Source of the DNA: Burkholderiales bacterium
GTDB taxonomy: Bacteria; Pseudomonadota; Gammaproteobacteria; Burkholderiales; SG8-39
DNA length: 64,000 nt
Assembly: GCA_036262835.1 (NCBI GenBank)
Contig: DATAID010000003.1
Location: 34,328 to 98,327, forward strand
Reading direction: 5' to 3'
Position numbers and translations under genes: made by a program. Shown in pieces: positions 1 through 11,205 of this stretch. The notes beneath the pieces were generated by a model. The model searched no databases. It was not told the origin of the DNA and worked only from the letters and a program-made list of their open reading frames with translations. Position 1 is the first letter of the stretch. Each line of letters starts with the position of its first letter.

Positions 1-1
1 G

Positions 2-2212
<2,211 letters not shown>

Positions 2213-2232
2213 ATAGAATCGGGGAAATCTTC

Positions 2233-2331
2233 ATGGGCAAGGGCGACAAGCGCACGCGCAAGGGCAAGATCTACAAAGGCAGCTACGGCAATCGGCGCCC
2301 GCACCGCGCGAAAAAGAAGAAGAAAAGCTAG
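2233..2331 (+). CDS. 30S ribosomal protein Thx (bTHX), 32 aa; too short for the ORF track
   Basis: ATG at 2233 to TAG at 2329-2331 gives MGKGDKRTRKGKIYKGSYGNRRPHRAKKKKKS. This matches from memory the Thermus Thx N-terminus ([17 protein letters not shown]..RP). GGGGA lies 8 nt upstream. Confidence 0.8.
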   Translation: MGKGDKRTRKGKIYKGSYGNRRPHRAKKKKKS

Positions 2332-2879
2332 AACTTGCCGTCCATCAGCACGAAGCAGATTCGTGCTGTCTTGCCGGAGCGATTCGCCCAGGCGTGGTTC
2401 GTGCCGCGCTGGACGAGCACGTCGCCCGCCTTCATGAGCGACTCGCCCTTGTCCATCACCGCCCAGATCTCGCCTTCCAGCACGATCGCGTAGTCCACGG
2501 TCTCGGTCCGATGCATGCCGGGATGCGCGCTCTCGCGCTTGTCGTGGGTGGCGTCGTGATACATGCCGCCAAAGGTGGCATGAATGCGGCGCCGGCGTTC
2601 CTCCGGATCCTTCGGCTCGGGCGGAAAGTCGATGATGCGCAGGATTGTGCCGTGCTTCGGCGGCAGGATGCCCTTGTGCGCTTCGATGTCGTCGGGCGCG
2701 CCAATCGGCATCGGCATGCCGACCGTACGCCACAGGTTGACCGACCGGTAGCCGGGCCGCTCGGCAACGGTGTGCACCGCCCGCGCCGGCGCGTCCTCGA
2801 CGATCCCCGAGCGCCCATCGGCATCGTCGCCGGTCACGATGCGCCGTATGGCGGGGAGGGTTTCGCTCATGACGCGCAA
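2328..2879 (-). CDS. Cupin-domain protein (start could also be the Met at 2870)
   Basis: 183-aa ORF with good GC3 bias and a C-terminal cupin-like barrel (HRTETVDYAIVLEGEIWAVMD...GDVLVQRGTNHAW). Confidence 0.7.
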   Translation of the reverse strand: MRVMSETLPAIRRIVTGDDADGRSGIVEDAPARAVHTVAERPGYRSVNLWRTVGMPMPIGAPDDIEAHKGILPPKHGTILRIIDFPPEPKDPEERRRRIHATFGGMYHDATHDKRESAHPGMHRTETVDYAIVLEGEIWAVMDKGESLMKAGDVLVQRGTNHAWANRSGKTARICFVLMDGKF

Positions 2880-2911
2880 TCTTATGACAGACTCGCCCGC
2901 AGGGAGGATGC

Positions 2912-4135
2912 TTGGACCGCCAGACCCGGAGCGAATGGATCGCGATCGCGCGCGCGCTCACGCCCGTCCTCGCTGCCGCCGCACCGCGCATCGAGGAAGC
3001 CTCCGAGCTGACCTCGGACGTGCTCGACGCGCTCCACGAGAAACGACTCTTCCGCATGCTCCTGCCGAAGTCGACCGGCGGCGCGGAGCTCGACCTCGGC
3101 AGCTTCTTCCAGGTGGCCATGGCGCTCGCCGAAGGCGACGCGAGCACGGCCTGGTGCGTCGTGCAAAACGCGGGCTGCGCCCTGTCGGCGGCCTACCTTG
3201 CGCCCGCGCCGGCGCGCGAGATTTTCGGCGGCGCCAGGGACGTGCTCGCCTGGGGCTTTGCCGCGCCCGAGCACTGTCGCGCGACGCCGGTCGAAGGCGG
3301 CTGGAAAGTGAGCGGCACCTGGGCCTTTGGCAGCGGCAGCCGGCACGCGACCTGGCTCGGCGGCCATTGCCAGCTCACCGACGCCGGCGGAAAGCCGCAG
3401 TCGACCGATGGGCGGCCGATCGAGCGCACCATGCTCTTTCCGCGCTCAAAGGCAACCATCAAGGGCGGCCTCTGGAACGTGATCGGCCTGCGCGGCACGG
3501 GAAGCGACAGCTATTCGGTGCAGGACCTCTTCGTGCCGGCGGAGCATTGCATCGTGCCTCGCGCGACCGGCCGCGACCAGCAGGTGCCGGGCGACGGCCC
3601 CTCGCCGCCCGAGCCTGAGCGGCGCGAGCAGGGCACGCTCTACCGGTTCACCGGGACCAACGTGTACCAGTGCGGCTTTGCCGGCGTCGCGCTCGGCGTC
3701 GCGCGCGCCATGCTGAATTCCTTCATCGCGCTTGCCAGGAAAAAGACCCCTGCGGCCACCAACATGGCGCTGAAAGACGATCACAGCGTGCAAGCCCGCG
3801 TCGCCGTTTCAGAGGCGCGCCTGGGTTCGGCGGCGGCGTGGATCGCGCAGACGCTCGACGAGATGTGGCAGGAAGCCGCCGCGTCGGGCCGAATCCGCTT
3901 CGAGCAGCGCGTGCGGCTGCGCCTCGCCTCGACCTACGCCATTCAGGAGGCGCGCGCCGTGGCCGAGGATGCGTACGCCGACGCCGGGGCGACCGCCATC
4001 TTCCAGAGCCAACCTTTCGAGCGGCGATTGCGCGACATGCACGCCGTGTCGCAGCAGGTCCAGGCGAGCAGCGCGCATTTCCAGACGACGGGGCAGTACT
4101 ACCTGGGGGAAATCCCGAATACCAGGTTCATCTGA
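2912..4135 (+). CDS. Acyl-CoA dehydrogenase-fold flavoprotein (probable flavin-dependent monooxygenase/dehydrogenase)
   Basis: 407-aa ORF with a TTG start 4 nt after AGGGAGG. ACAD-like N-terminal and middle domain pattern (LFRMLLPKSTGGAELD..., GGWKVSGTWAFGSGS). Confidence 0.6.
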   Translation: MDRQTRSEWIAIARALTPVLAAAAPRIEEASELTSDVLDALHEKRLFRMLLPKSTGGAELDLGSFFQVAMALAEGDASTAWCVVQNAGCALSAAYLAPAPAREIFGGARDVLAWGFAAPEHCRATPVEGGWKVSGTWAFGSGSRHATWLGGHCQLTDAGGKPQSTDGRPIERTMLFPRSKATIKGGLWNVIGLRGTGSDSYSVQDLFVPAEHCIVPRATGRDQQVPGDGPSPPEPERREQGTLYRFTGTNVYQCGFAGVALGVARAMLNSFIALARKKTPAATNMALKDDHSVQARVAVSEARLGSAAAWIAQTLDEMWQEAAASGRIRFEQRVRLRLASTYAIQEARAVAEDAYADAGATAIFQSQPFERRLRDMHAVSQQVQASSAHFQTTGQYYLGEIPNTRFI

Positions 4136-5086
4136 CTACTGGGCGGTGATGTTGCCCTCGCGCACGACCTTGCCCCACTTGGCGATTTCGACCTTCACGT
4201 AGTCGGCAAACTCCTTCGGCGAGCCGCCGACCAGGTCGTAGGCGAGGCCGGTGAGCTTCTCGCGCACCTCCGGGGCGCGCATCGACTGGTTGACCGCATC
4301 GTTCAGCTTCTGCACGACCGCGACAGGCGTGCCCGCCGGCAGGAACACGCCGATCCAGGTGTAATCCTCGATGCCCGGGTAACCCGCCTCGGCGAAGGTC
4401 GGGACATCCGGCATCACTTGGACACGGGCCGCGCTCGACACCGCGATCGCGCGCAGCCGCCCCGCCTTCACGTGGGGCAGCGGCGTGGAGATCGCGCCCG
4501 CGCCCACCGTCGGCTCGCCGCCGACCACGGCGGCAATGGCGGGTCCGGCGCCGCGGAAATGCACCGCGGGCATGCCGAGCTTGGAGAGCTGGTTGAAAAG
4601 ATATTCGCCGGTCAGGTGCGGTGTGGTGCCGCTGCCGGGCGAGGCAAACGCCAGCTTCGCGCTCTTCGCGTGCGCGACGAGCTCGGCGAGCGTCTTCACC
4701 GGCAGGCTCGGGTGCACGAAGACGAGGTTGGGCTGGCGCGCCGGCACGGCGGTCGGGATGAAATCGCGCTCCGGGTCGTAGCCCGCGTTGGGCGAGAGCG
4801 TGGCGTTGACCGCGAACGCGGAGCTCGTCACCAGTACCGTATAGCCATCCGGGGCCGACTTGGCGACGAACGCTGTGCCGATATTGCCGCCGGCGCCGGC
4901 GCGGCTTTCGACCACCACCGGCTGGCCGAGAAGCTCTTGGACCTTCTGGCCGGTGATGCGCGCGACGATGTCGGTCGGCCCGCCGGGCGCGAAGGGCGTG
5001 ATGAAGTGGATGGGCTTGGCGGGCCAGGTCTGAGCCTGCGCGCCGGCAACGAAGAACCCGAGCAGGGCGACTAGCGCGCGCATCAT
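4136..5086 (-). CDS. Bug/TctC-family periplasmic solute-binding protein (tripartite tricarboxylate transporter receptor)
   Basis: Signal peptide followed by the family signature (AQTWPAKPIHFITPFAPGGPTDIVAR...ESRAGAGGNIG...APDGYT). Starts 1 nt after the ntrX stop. Confidence 0.9.
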   Translation of the reverse strand: MMRALVALLGFFVAGAQAQTWPAKPIHFITPFAPGGPTDIVARITGQKVQELLGQPVVVESRAGAGGNIGTAFVAKSAPDGYTVLVTSSAFAVNATLSPNAGYDPERDFIPTAVPARQPNLVFVHPSLPVKTLAELVAHAKSAKLAFASPGSGTTPHLTGEYLFNQLSKLGMPAVHFRGAGPAIAAVVGGEPTVGAGAISTPLPHVKAGRLRAIAVSSAARVQVMPDVPTFAEAGYPGIEDYTWIGVFLPAGTPVAVVQKLNDAVNQSMRAPEVREKLTGLAYDLVGGSPKEFADYVKVEIAKWGKVVREGNITAQ

Positions 5087-5087
5087 C

Positions 5088-6335
5088 CTAGGTCTCTTCG
5101 CGCCGCCCGACGGGCAGCCCGAGCGCCTTCAGCTTCCGGTAAAGGTGGGTGCGCTCAAGGCCCGAGCGTTCCGCGACCTTCGACATGCTGCCGTTCTCGC
5201 GCGCCAGCAGGTATTCAAAGTACAGGCGCTCGAAGGCCTCGCGCGCCTCGCGATAGGGCCGGTCGAGCGCGATCTCGGGTGGGGGCGCGGACTGCGCGTG
5301 CGCGGAAAGCACTCGCTCCACGTCCTGCAAGCCGATGTCGTCTTCGAGCGCGCCGAGCGCGAGGTTCTTCACGACGCTTTCCAGCTCGACGATGTTGCCG
5401 GGCCAGTCGTAATGGCGCAGCGCGTTCAAGGCCGCCACCGTCAACCGGCGCGGCGGGCAGGCGCGCGACTCGACGAGCAAGGTCAGCATGAGCGCTGCCA
5501 GATCGGGCACGTCTTCGGCGAAATCGCGCAGTGCGGGAAGCTTGAGCATCAGCTCCGAGAGCCGCGTGACGAGCTCGGCGTCGTACTCGTGCTTTTCCAC
5601 GAGACCGCGCGGGTCCAGGCTCGAGAACGACACCACGCGCGCCTTGTGCCGGTCGGCGCGGGCCAGCAGGAATTCGAGCCCCTTCTGCTCGGAGCGCGCC
5701 AGGCGCGCAAGATCGCCGATGAAGAGCACGCCGCCGCCGGCGCGCGTGAGCAGCTCGGAGGAGGCCTCCGCCAGCAGCTCGCGGCCCTCGACGAAGGGCG
5801 CCCCCGCCGCGGCGAGCAGGCGCGCGAAAAGCTCGGCTCGCATGCCCCGCTCCCCGCGCAGGAGCAGCGGCGCCGAGGCGTTGGCGAGCTGCCCGAGGCG
5901 CTTGCGCACCTCGGCGAGCACGGGCGAGCGCCCGAGCGTCCCGAGCGACAGGTCCTTTGGCGAGACCACCTCCTGATTGCGCAGCGCGCGCTTCACCGTG
6001 GCGAGCAGGCGCTGCAGCGCAATCGGCTTTTCGAGGTAATCGAGCGCGCCGATGCGCGTCGCCTCGACCGCCGTCTCGATCGTGCCGTGGCCCGACATCA
6101 TCACCACCGGCATGCCGAGCTGGCCGCTCGCCGCCCATTCCTTGAGGAGCGAGATGCCGTCGGTGTCCGGCATCCAGATGTCGAGCAGCACCAGGTCGGG
6201 GCGCGCGCGCTCGCGATGGCGCCGCGCTTCGCCGGCGCTCTCGGCGAGCAGCACCTGATGGCCTTCGTCGGCGAGAATCTCTGAGAGCAGCTCGCGGATG
6301 CCGATTTCGTCATCGACGACGAGGATCTGCGCCAT
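5088..6335 (-). CDS. ntrX: NtrX-like response regulator (receiver + degenerate AAA+/sigma54-interaction module + Fis-type HTH)
   Basis: REC domain (ILVVDDE..., LLDIWMPDTDG, LEKP) and C-terminal HTH (SMSKVAERSGLERTHLYRKLKALG). Lies directly downstream of ntrY. The Walker A position reads RGERGMRAE. Confidence 0.8.
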   Translation of the reverse strand: MAQILVVDDEIGIRELLSEILADEGHQVLLAESAGEARRHRERARPDLVLLDIWMPDTDGISLLKEWAASGQLGMPVVMMSGHGTIETAVEATRIGALDYLEKPIALQRLLATVKRALRNQEVVSPKDLSLGTLGRSPVLAEVRKRLGQLANASAPLLLRGERGMRAELFARLLAAAGAPFVEGRELLAEASSELLTRAGGGVLFIGDLARLARSEQKGLEFLLARADRHKARVVSFSSLDPRGLVEKHEYDAELVTRLSELMLKLPALRDFAEDVPDLAALMLTLLVESRACPPRRLTVAALNALRHYDWPGNIVELESVVKNLALGALEDDIGLQDVERVLSAHAQSAPPPEIALDRPYREAREAFERLYFEYLLARENGSMSKVAERSGLERTHLYRKLKALGLPVGRREET

Positions 6336-6338
6336 GCC

Positions 6339-8426
6339 TCAGGCGGCCTTCGCCGAGCTGTCGGCCGCCGGCAGCAGGATGCTCACCGAGGCGCCGGCCG
6401 CGAGCCGGTTCTCGATGGCGAGCTCGCCGTGATGCTCATCGACGATCTTTTTCACGATCGCGAGTCCGAGTCCGGTGCCGCGGGGCTTGGTCGTGACATA
6501 GGGCTCGAAGATTCTAGCCATCATTTCTTCCGGAAAACCGCCGCCGTTGTCCGACACCGCGAGACGCACCTTGTCGCCCGCGCGCTCGGTCGATACCTCG
6601 ATGCTCGGCCGCTCGCCGGAGGCCTTGCGGTTCTCAAGCGCGTCCTGGGCGTTCTGCACCAGGTTGTGGAGCACCTGGCGGATCTGCGCACTGTCGGCCC
6701 AGACCGACGGCAGGTCGGCGGCGAGCCGGCGCGCGATCGGCACGCTCGAATTCTCGTAGAGCGTCAGCACCTCGCCGACGAGCGAGTTGAGATCGAGGGC
6801 ATGAAAGACCGGGGTTGGCAGGCGCGCATAGTCGCGAAAGTCATCGACCATGTTCTTGAGCGCCGAGACCTGGCTGACGATCGTGCGCGTGCCGCGCGCA
6901 AGCGCCTCGGCGTCCTCGGCCGCGAGCTTGCCCGAGAGCTTCATTTCCAGGCGCTCGGCCGAGAGTTGAATCGGCGTGAGCGGGTTCTTGATCTCGTGGG
7001 CGAGCCGCCGCGCAACTTCGGCCCAGGCGGTGGCGCGCTGCGCCTGCATGAGCTGCGTGATGTCGTCGAAGACGAGCACGAAGCCGCCGGCGGGGTCCTG
7101 CGGCAGCGCGCTGCCGCGCACGAGCAGTGTCTTCCCCGTGCCCTTCAGCTCCAGCTGCAATTGCCAGGCGCGCTCGCCATGCTCGCGCAGCTGCCCGCGC
7201 ATGTCGGCGGCGAAGGCGTCGATCTCCGCGCCGAGGATCGCGTGCGCCCCGTGGTTGGAGATCGTGAGCAGGAGCTCGCGGTCGAAGACGAGGACGCCGG
7301 CCGAAAGGTTGGCGAGGATGTTCTCCAGGCGTGCCTTCGCGCTTTCCAGCGCGGTGCGGTTCGCTTCGACCACGGTGCGCGCTTCGTCCAGCTGGCGCGT
7401 CATCGAGTTGAACGACTCGGTGAGCACGCCGAGCTCGTCGCGGCTGGTGACGGGAGCGCGGCGAGAAAAGTCGCCGCGCGCCACCGCCTGCGTGGCCTGC
7501 GCCAGGTTGGCGAGCGGCTCCGAGAGCCGGTTGGCGATGATGACGGCGAGCGCGATCGCCACCAGCAGCGCCATGGAGAGCGCCAGGGTCAAGGTGATGA
7601 TGTAGATGCGCTTCAGGCTTTCGCGCGAGAGCGCGAGCTCGCGATAATCGCGGTAGGCCGCGACCACCGCCTCGGCGCTGCGCCCGAAGTGTTCCGGCAC
7701 CGACTGGCGCAGCTGCAGAAAGCGCGGCTCCTCGGTGAGCGCGAGGTTCGGCACCAGCACGACGACGCGCAGCGAGAGCGGCTTGCCGGCGACGTCGTCC
7801 ACGCCGGCGTAGCCGCGTCCGACGCGCGCCTGGCGCATGATGGCCTGCGAGGGCAGCTCGGGCACGAGGCGCGACATGTCCTCGCTCGAGCTCGCGATCA
7901 CGCGGCCGCCCGCGCTGACCACGACCGCCTCCTGCGCGCCGACCTGGTCGCGCAGGCGGCCGAGCAGCACCACCTGCTGAACCGGGCTGCGATCGGCGAG
8001 CTCGAGCGCGACCGCGCGCGCCTTGGTGTGCAGCTCGCCCAGCATCTGGTCCAGGCCGACGCGCCCGAGGTTGATGCCGCCCTCGAGCGCGGCGTCGACC
8101 TTCACGTCGAACCAGGACTCGATGCTGCGCGCAAGGAACTGCACCGACACCGTATAGACGAGCGCCCCCGGCACGAGCGCCATCAGGGCAAGCATGAGCA
8201 AAAGGCGCACGGTGAGGCGCGAGCCGAAGGCGCGCGCGCGGTACTTGCGCCACAGCGCGGCGATCTGCCAGGCCACGAGCGCCGCGAGCAGCGCCGCCAG
8301 CGCGGCGTTCAGGCCGAGCAGGAGCGGATAGTGCCGCGCGAAGAGCGTGGTGTTGCCGCTCGCGGTCGCGAGCAGGAACACCATCACGCCGGCGAGCGCC
8401 GCGCCCAGAAAAAGAACGAGCTTCAT
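6339..8426 (-). CDS. ntrY: NtrY-like sensor histidine kinase (4 TM, HAMP, PAS, HisKA, HATPase)
   Basis: Start chosen at MKLVLFLGAALAG... (ATG 8426, ATGA overlap with the upstream stop). H-box AHEIKNPLTPIQLSAERL; N, G1 and G2 boxes present. The ORF-track extension to 9002 overlaps the upstream gene. Confidence 0.9.
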   Translation of the reverse strand: MKLVLFLGAALAGVMVFLLATASGNTTLFARHYPLLLGLNAALAALLAALVAWQIAALWRKYRARAFGSRLTVRLLLMLALMALVPGALVYTVSVQFLARSIESWFDVKVDAALEGGINLGRVGLDQMLGELHTKARAVALELADRSPVQQVVLLGRLRDQVGAQEAVVVSAGGRVIASSSEDMSRLVPELPSQAIMRQARVGRGYAGVDDVAGKPLSLRVVVLVPNLALTEEPRFLQLRQSVPEHFGRSAEAVVAAYRDYRELALSRESLKRIYIITLTLALSMALLVAIALAVIIANRLSEPLANLAQATQAVARGDFSRRAPVTSRDELGVLTESFNSMTRQLDEARTVVEANRTALESAKARLENILANLSAGVLVFDRELLLTISNHGAHAILGAEIDAFAADMRGQLREHGERAWQLQLELKGTGKTLLVRGSALPQDPAGGFVLVFDDITQLMQAQRATAWAEVARRLAHEIKNPLTPIQLSAERLEMKLSGKLAAEDAEALARGTRTIVSQVSALKNMVDDFRDYARLPTPVFHALDLNSLVGEVLTLYENSSVPIARRLAADLPSVWADSAQIRQVLHNLVQNAQDALENRKASGERPSIEVSTERAGDKVRLAVSDNGGGFPEEMMARIFEPYVTTKPRGTGLGLAIVKKIVDEHHGELAIENRLAAGASVSILLPAADSSAKAA

Positions 8427-9025
8427 TTGGCGTCGATCTCCCGGGGCTCGCGCGCCTCGACCGGCGCAGGCGGCGGGGCGGGCGGGCGGTAGCTGAAGCG
8501 CTTCCAGGGCGATTCGAGATTCAGCTCTCGGCTGGTGAGCGCGGAGAGCTGGAAGGGCTTCGGCAGCAGGGTGACGTCGAGCCGCATGCGCACGGCCGCG
8601 TCGTAGCTGGCGTCGGCGAGCACGGCGCCGCGCTCCAGCACCACCCAGCCGCGCACCCGCTTTAGCACATTGAGCGCCTCGTCGAGCGTGCCGTAGTTCT
8701 GCTGCAGCACGCCGGTCGAGAGCCGGTAGTGCCGCGAGAGCGCATTGTAGGAGAGCCGGATCTGCAGGCGCTTGGCGGCGGCCTTTTCGTCGAACCAGTA
8801 CCAGCGGCGGCGCGTCAGCTCGAACTCGACCAGGAAGTAAAGCGAGACGCCGTTGGCGACCGCCTCGGCGAGGCGCGGGTTGAGCTCGAGAGAAAAATCG
8901 GCCGAGAGCGCGAGCCCCTCGTCGGTGCTGGCAAGCTGTGCTTCGGTGACTTCGATTTCGTCGGCGCGCGCCGGCTCCGCGAGCGCGACCGCTGCGCCGC
9001 ACAGCAGTGCGACCAGGAGCTTCAT
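8423..9025 (-). CDS. Secreted protein, DUF4390-like, conserved between rsmB and ntrY
   Basis: 200-aa ORF with a signal peptide (MKLLVALLCGAAVALAEPARA). Tightly coupled at both ends. The family name is recalled from synteny, not searched. Confidence 0.6.
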   Translation of the reverse strand: MKLLVALLCGAAVALAEPARADEIEVTEAQLASTDEGLALSADFSLELNPRLAEAVANGVSLYFLVEFELTRRRWYWFDEKAAAKRLQIRLSYNALSRHYRLSTGVLQQNYGTLDEALNVLKRVRGWVVLERGAVLADASYDAAVRMRLDVTLLPKPFQLSALTSRELNLESPWKRFSYRPPAPPPAPVEAREPREIDAK

Positions 9026-10287
9026 CAGGCCGGTTTCTCTAGCAGCGCGAAAAAAAAGCCGTCGTGCTCGGGTCCCGGAAGAATCTGCCCCGAGCCTGCG
9101 CGAGGCGCGCGCCTCGCGCCGCTCGTGCGCGCGAGGAAGGCGTCGATCACCGCGCCGTTCTCCTCGGTGAAAACCGAGCAGGTGACATACAGCAATTTAC
9201 CACCCGGGGCGAGCGTGCGCCAAAGCGCGTCGAGGATGCGCGCCTGGCGATCGGCGAAGCGCTCCAGGTCCGCAGCCCGCCGCAGCCACTTCGCGTCCGG
9301 ATGGCGACGCGCGATTCCGGAGGCCGAGCAGGGCACATCGGCGAGGATGCGATCGAAGGGCTTGCCGTCCCACCAGGCCTCGAGCGCGGCGCAGTCGGCG
9401 ACGCGCACCTGCGCGGCAAGGCCGAGGCGCGCGAGATTGCGCTCGACGTCCGCGCAGCGCGCCGCATCGATGTCGAGCGCGGTGAGCTCCACGTCGGCGA
9501 GCTCGAGGATGTGCGCGGTTTTCCCGCCCGGCGCGGCGCAGGCGTCGAGCACTCGCTGGCCGGCGGCGAGCTCGAGCAGCGGCGCCGCGCGCTGCGCGCC
9601 AGCGTCCTGAACCGAGACGGCGCCGTCGGCGAATCCCGGCAGGCGCGCCACCGGCAGCGGCTTCTCGAGCATGAGCGCGTGCGCGCCGAGCGCGCGGGCA
9701 GGCGTCCCCTGGGCGGCGAGCGTCGCGAGATAGTCCGGCGCCGAGCCGCGGCGGGCGTTCACCCGCAGCGTCATCGGCGGATGCACGTTGCCGGCCTCGA
9801 GTACCGCTTCCCACTCCGCAGGAAAAGCAGCGCGAAGGCGCTCGATCCACCACGCGGGATGCCAATGCCGCGCGACCGGGTCGGCGCCGAGGCGCGCCTC
9901 CAGGCTCGCGCGCGAGCGAAGGTAGTTGCGCAGCACCGCATTGACGAAGCCTTTCGCGCGGTGCTGGCTCATGATCACGCAGGCGCGCGCAGCCTGGTCG
10001 ACCACCGTGTACTCGGCGTAGCGCCCGCCTTCGAGCGCATAGAGCGCGCACCAGAGCAGCGCCGCCACTTGCGGATCGGTAATCTGCGCTCGGCTGGAGA
10101 GCGCCTTGACGAGCGCCTGCGAGCGGCCATAGCGGCGCAGCGTCCCGTAGCACAGGTCGACAAGCGCAGCGCGGGCCTCATTCGGCTCCGTCCCGGCACG
10201 CTCGATTTCGGCAGAAAGGCTGCGGCCGGCGGCGACGCGCGCGACAATGGTCGCGGCTGCCGCGAGCGACTCAGCGAGGGGCGCCAA
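9025..10287 (-). CDS. rsmB: 16S rRNA (cytosine967-C5)-methyltransferase
   Basis: NusB-like N-terminal domain plus an AdoMet MTase core (VLDACAAPGGKT, ILADVPCSASG, LLYVTCS). TTG start overlaps the fmt end by 17 nt. Confidence 0.9.
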   Translation of the reverse strand: MAPLAESLAAAATIVARVAAGRSLSAEIERAGTEPNEARAALVDLCYGTLRRYGRSQALVKALSSRAQITDPQVAALLWCALYALEGGRYAEYTVVDQAARACVIMSQHRAKGFVNAVLRNYLRSRASLEARLGADPVARHWHPAWWIERLRAAFPAEWEAVLEAGNVHPPMTLRVNARRGSAPDYLATLAAQGTPARALGAHALMLEKPLPVARLPGFADGAVSVQDAGAQRAAPLLELAAGQRVLDACAAPGGKTAHILELADVELTALDIDAARCADVERNLARLGLAAQVRVADCAALEAWWDGKPFDRILADVPCSASGIARRHPDAKWLRRAADLERFADRQARILDALWRTLAPGGKLLYVTCSVFTEENGAVIDAFLARTSGARRAPRAGSGQILPGPEHDGFFFALLEKPA

Positions 10288-11197
10288 GCGAATCGCCTTT
10301 TGTCAGCGGCGTGCCGCGCAGGAATTCGGCCGCCGAGAGCCGTTTGCCTCCGGCGCGCTGAAGCTCGCTCACTTGCAGCGAGCCGCTGCCGCAGCCGACC
10401 AGGATGCCGCCCTCGCCGGCCTCCAGCACGGTACCCGGCTCGCCTTCGCGGCTGCTGCAGCGAGCTCGCCAGATTTTCAGCGGTTGCCCTCTCAGCAACG
10501 TGCGCGCACCCGGCGCGGGCCTGAGCGCCCTCAGCTTCCGCTCGATGTCGGCGCAGCTTGCGGACCAGTCGATCTGCTCTTCCTCCCTGCCGATCTTGCG
10601 CGCGTAGGTCGCGCCTTGCTGCGGCTGCGGCTGCGGAGCGGGGCGGGGCTCGGCCGACAGCGCGTCGACGATCGCACGCGCGCCAAGCGCCGCCAGCTTG
10701 TCGTGCAGGGACTCGAAATCGTCGTCCGGCTCGATCGGCAGCCGGTGTTGGGACAAAACCGGTCCGGTATCGAGCCCCGTGTCCATCTGCATGATGCTGA
10801 TTCCGGTTTCCGGATCGCCGGCGAGAAGCGCGCGCTGAATGGGCGCCGCGCCGCGCCAGCGCGGCAGGAGCGAGGCGTGGATGTTGAGCGCGCCGCGGGG
10901 GGCGGTTTGCAGCACGCGCTCCGGTAGAAGAAGCCCGTAGGCCGCGACCACGAGCGCCTCCGCGCGCTCGGCGGAGATCCTGTCCAGCGCCTGGGTTGCA
11001 TTCAGATTCTCAGGCTGGAACACGGGCAGCTGGCGGGCGTTCGCAAGCCGCTTCACCGCGCTCTCGCTCGTGCGCATGCCCCGGCCGGCGGGCCGGTCGG
11101 GCTGCGTCAGAACAAGCGAAATCTCATGACCCGCATCGTGCAGTGCGGCGAGGGCCTTGGCCGCAAAGTCCGGTGTGCCGGCGAAAACGAGACGCAG
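10271..11197 (-). CDS. fmt: Methionyl-tRNA formyltransferase (start inferred at a CTG codon; see findings)
   Basis: Conserved N-terminus (L)RLVFAGTPDFAA...TQPDRPAGRG, plus HASLLPRWRGAAPIQ. There is no ATG/GTG/TTG between 11440 and the conserved N-terminus. Confidence 0.85.
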   Translation of the reverse strand: MRLVFAGTPDFAAKALAALHDAGHEISLVLTQPDRPAGRGMRTSESAVKRLANARQLPVFQPENLNATQALDRISAERAEALVVAAYGLLLPERVLQTAPRGALNIHASLLPRWRGAAPIQRALLAGDPETGISIMQMDTGLDTGPVLSQHRLPIEPDDDFESLHDKLAALGARAIVDALSAEPRPAPQPQPQQGATYARKIGREEEQIDWSASCADIERKLRALRPAPGARTLLRGQPLKIWRARCSSREGEPGTVLEAGEGGILVGCGSGSLQVSELQRAGGKRLSAAEFLRGTPLTKGDSLGAPR

Positions 11198-11205
11198 GAA
11201 GTTTT

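Noticed and set aside
8427-9002. N-terminal extension of the ntrY ORF to 887 aa
   Set aside because: The extension is Arg/Ala-rich and lies entirely over the DUF4390-like gene in another frame. The canonical NtrY TM start, MKLVLFLG, sits at an ATGA-coupled ATG (8426).
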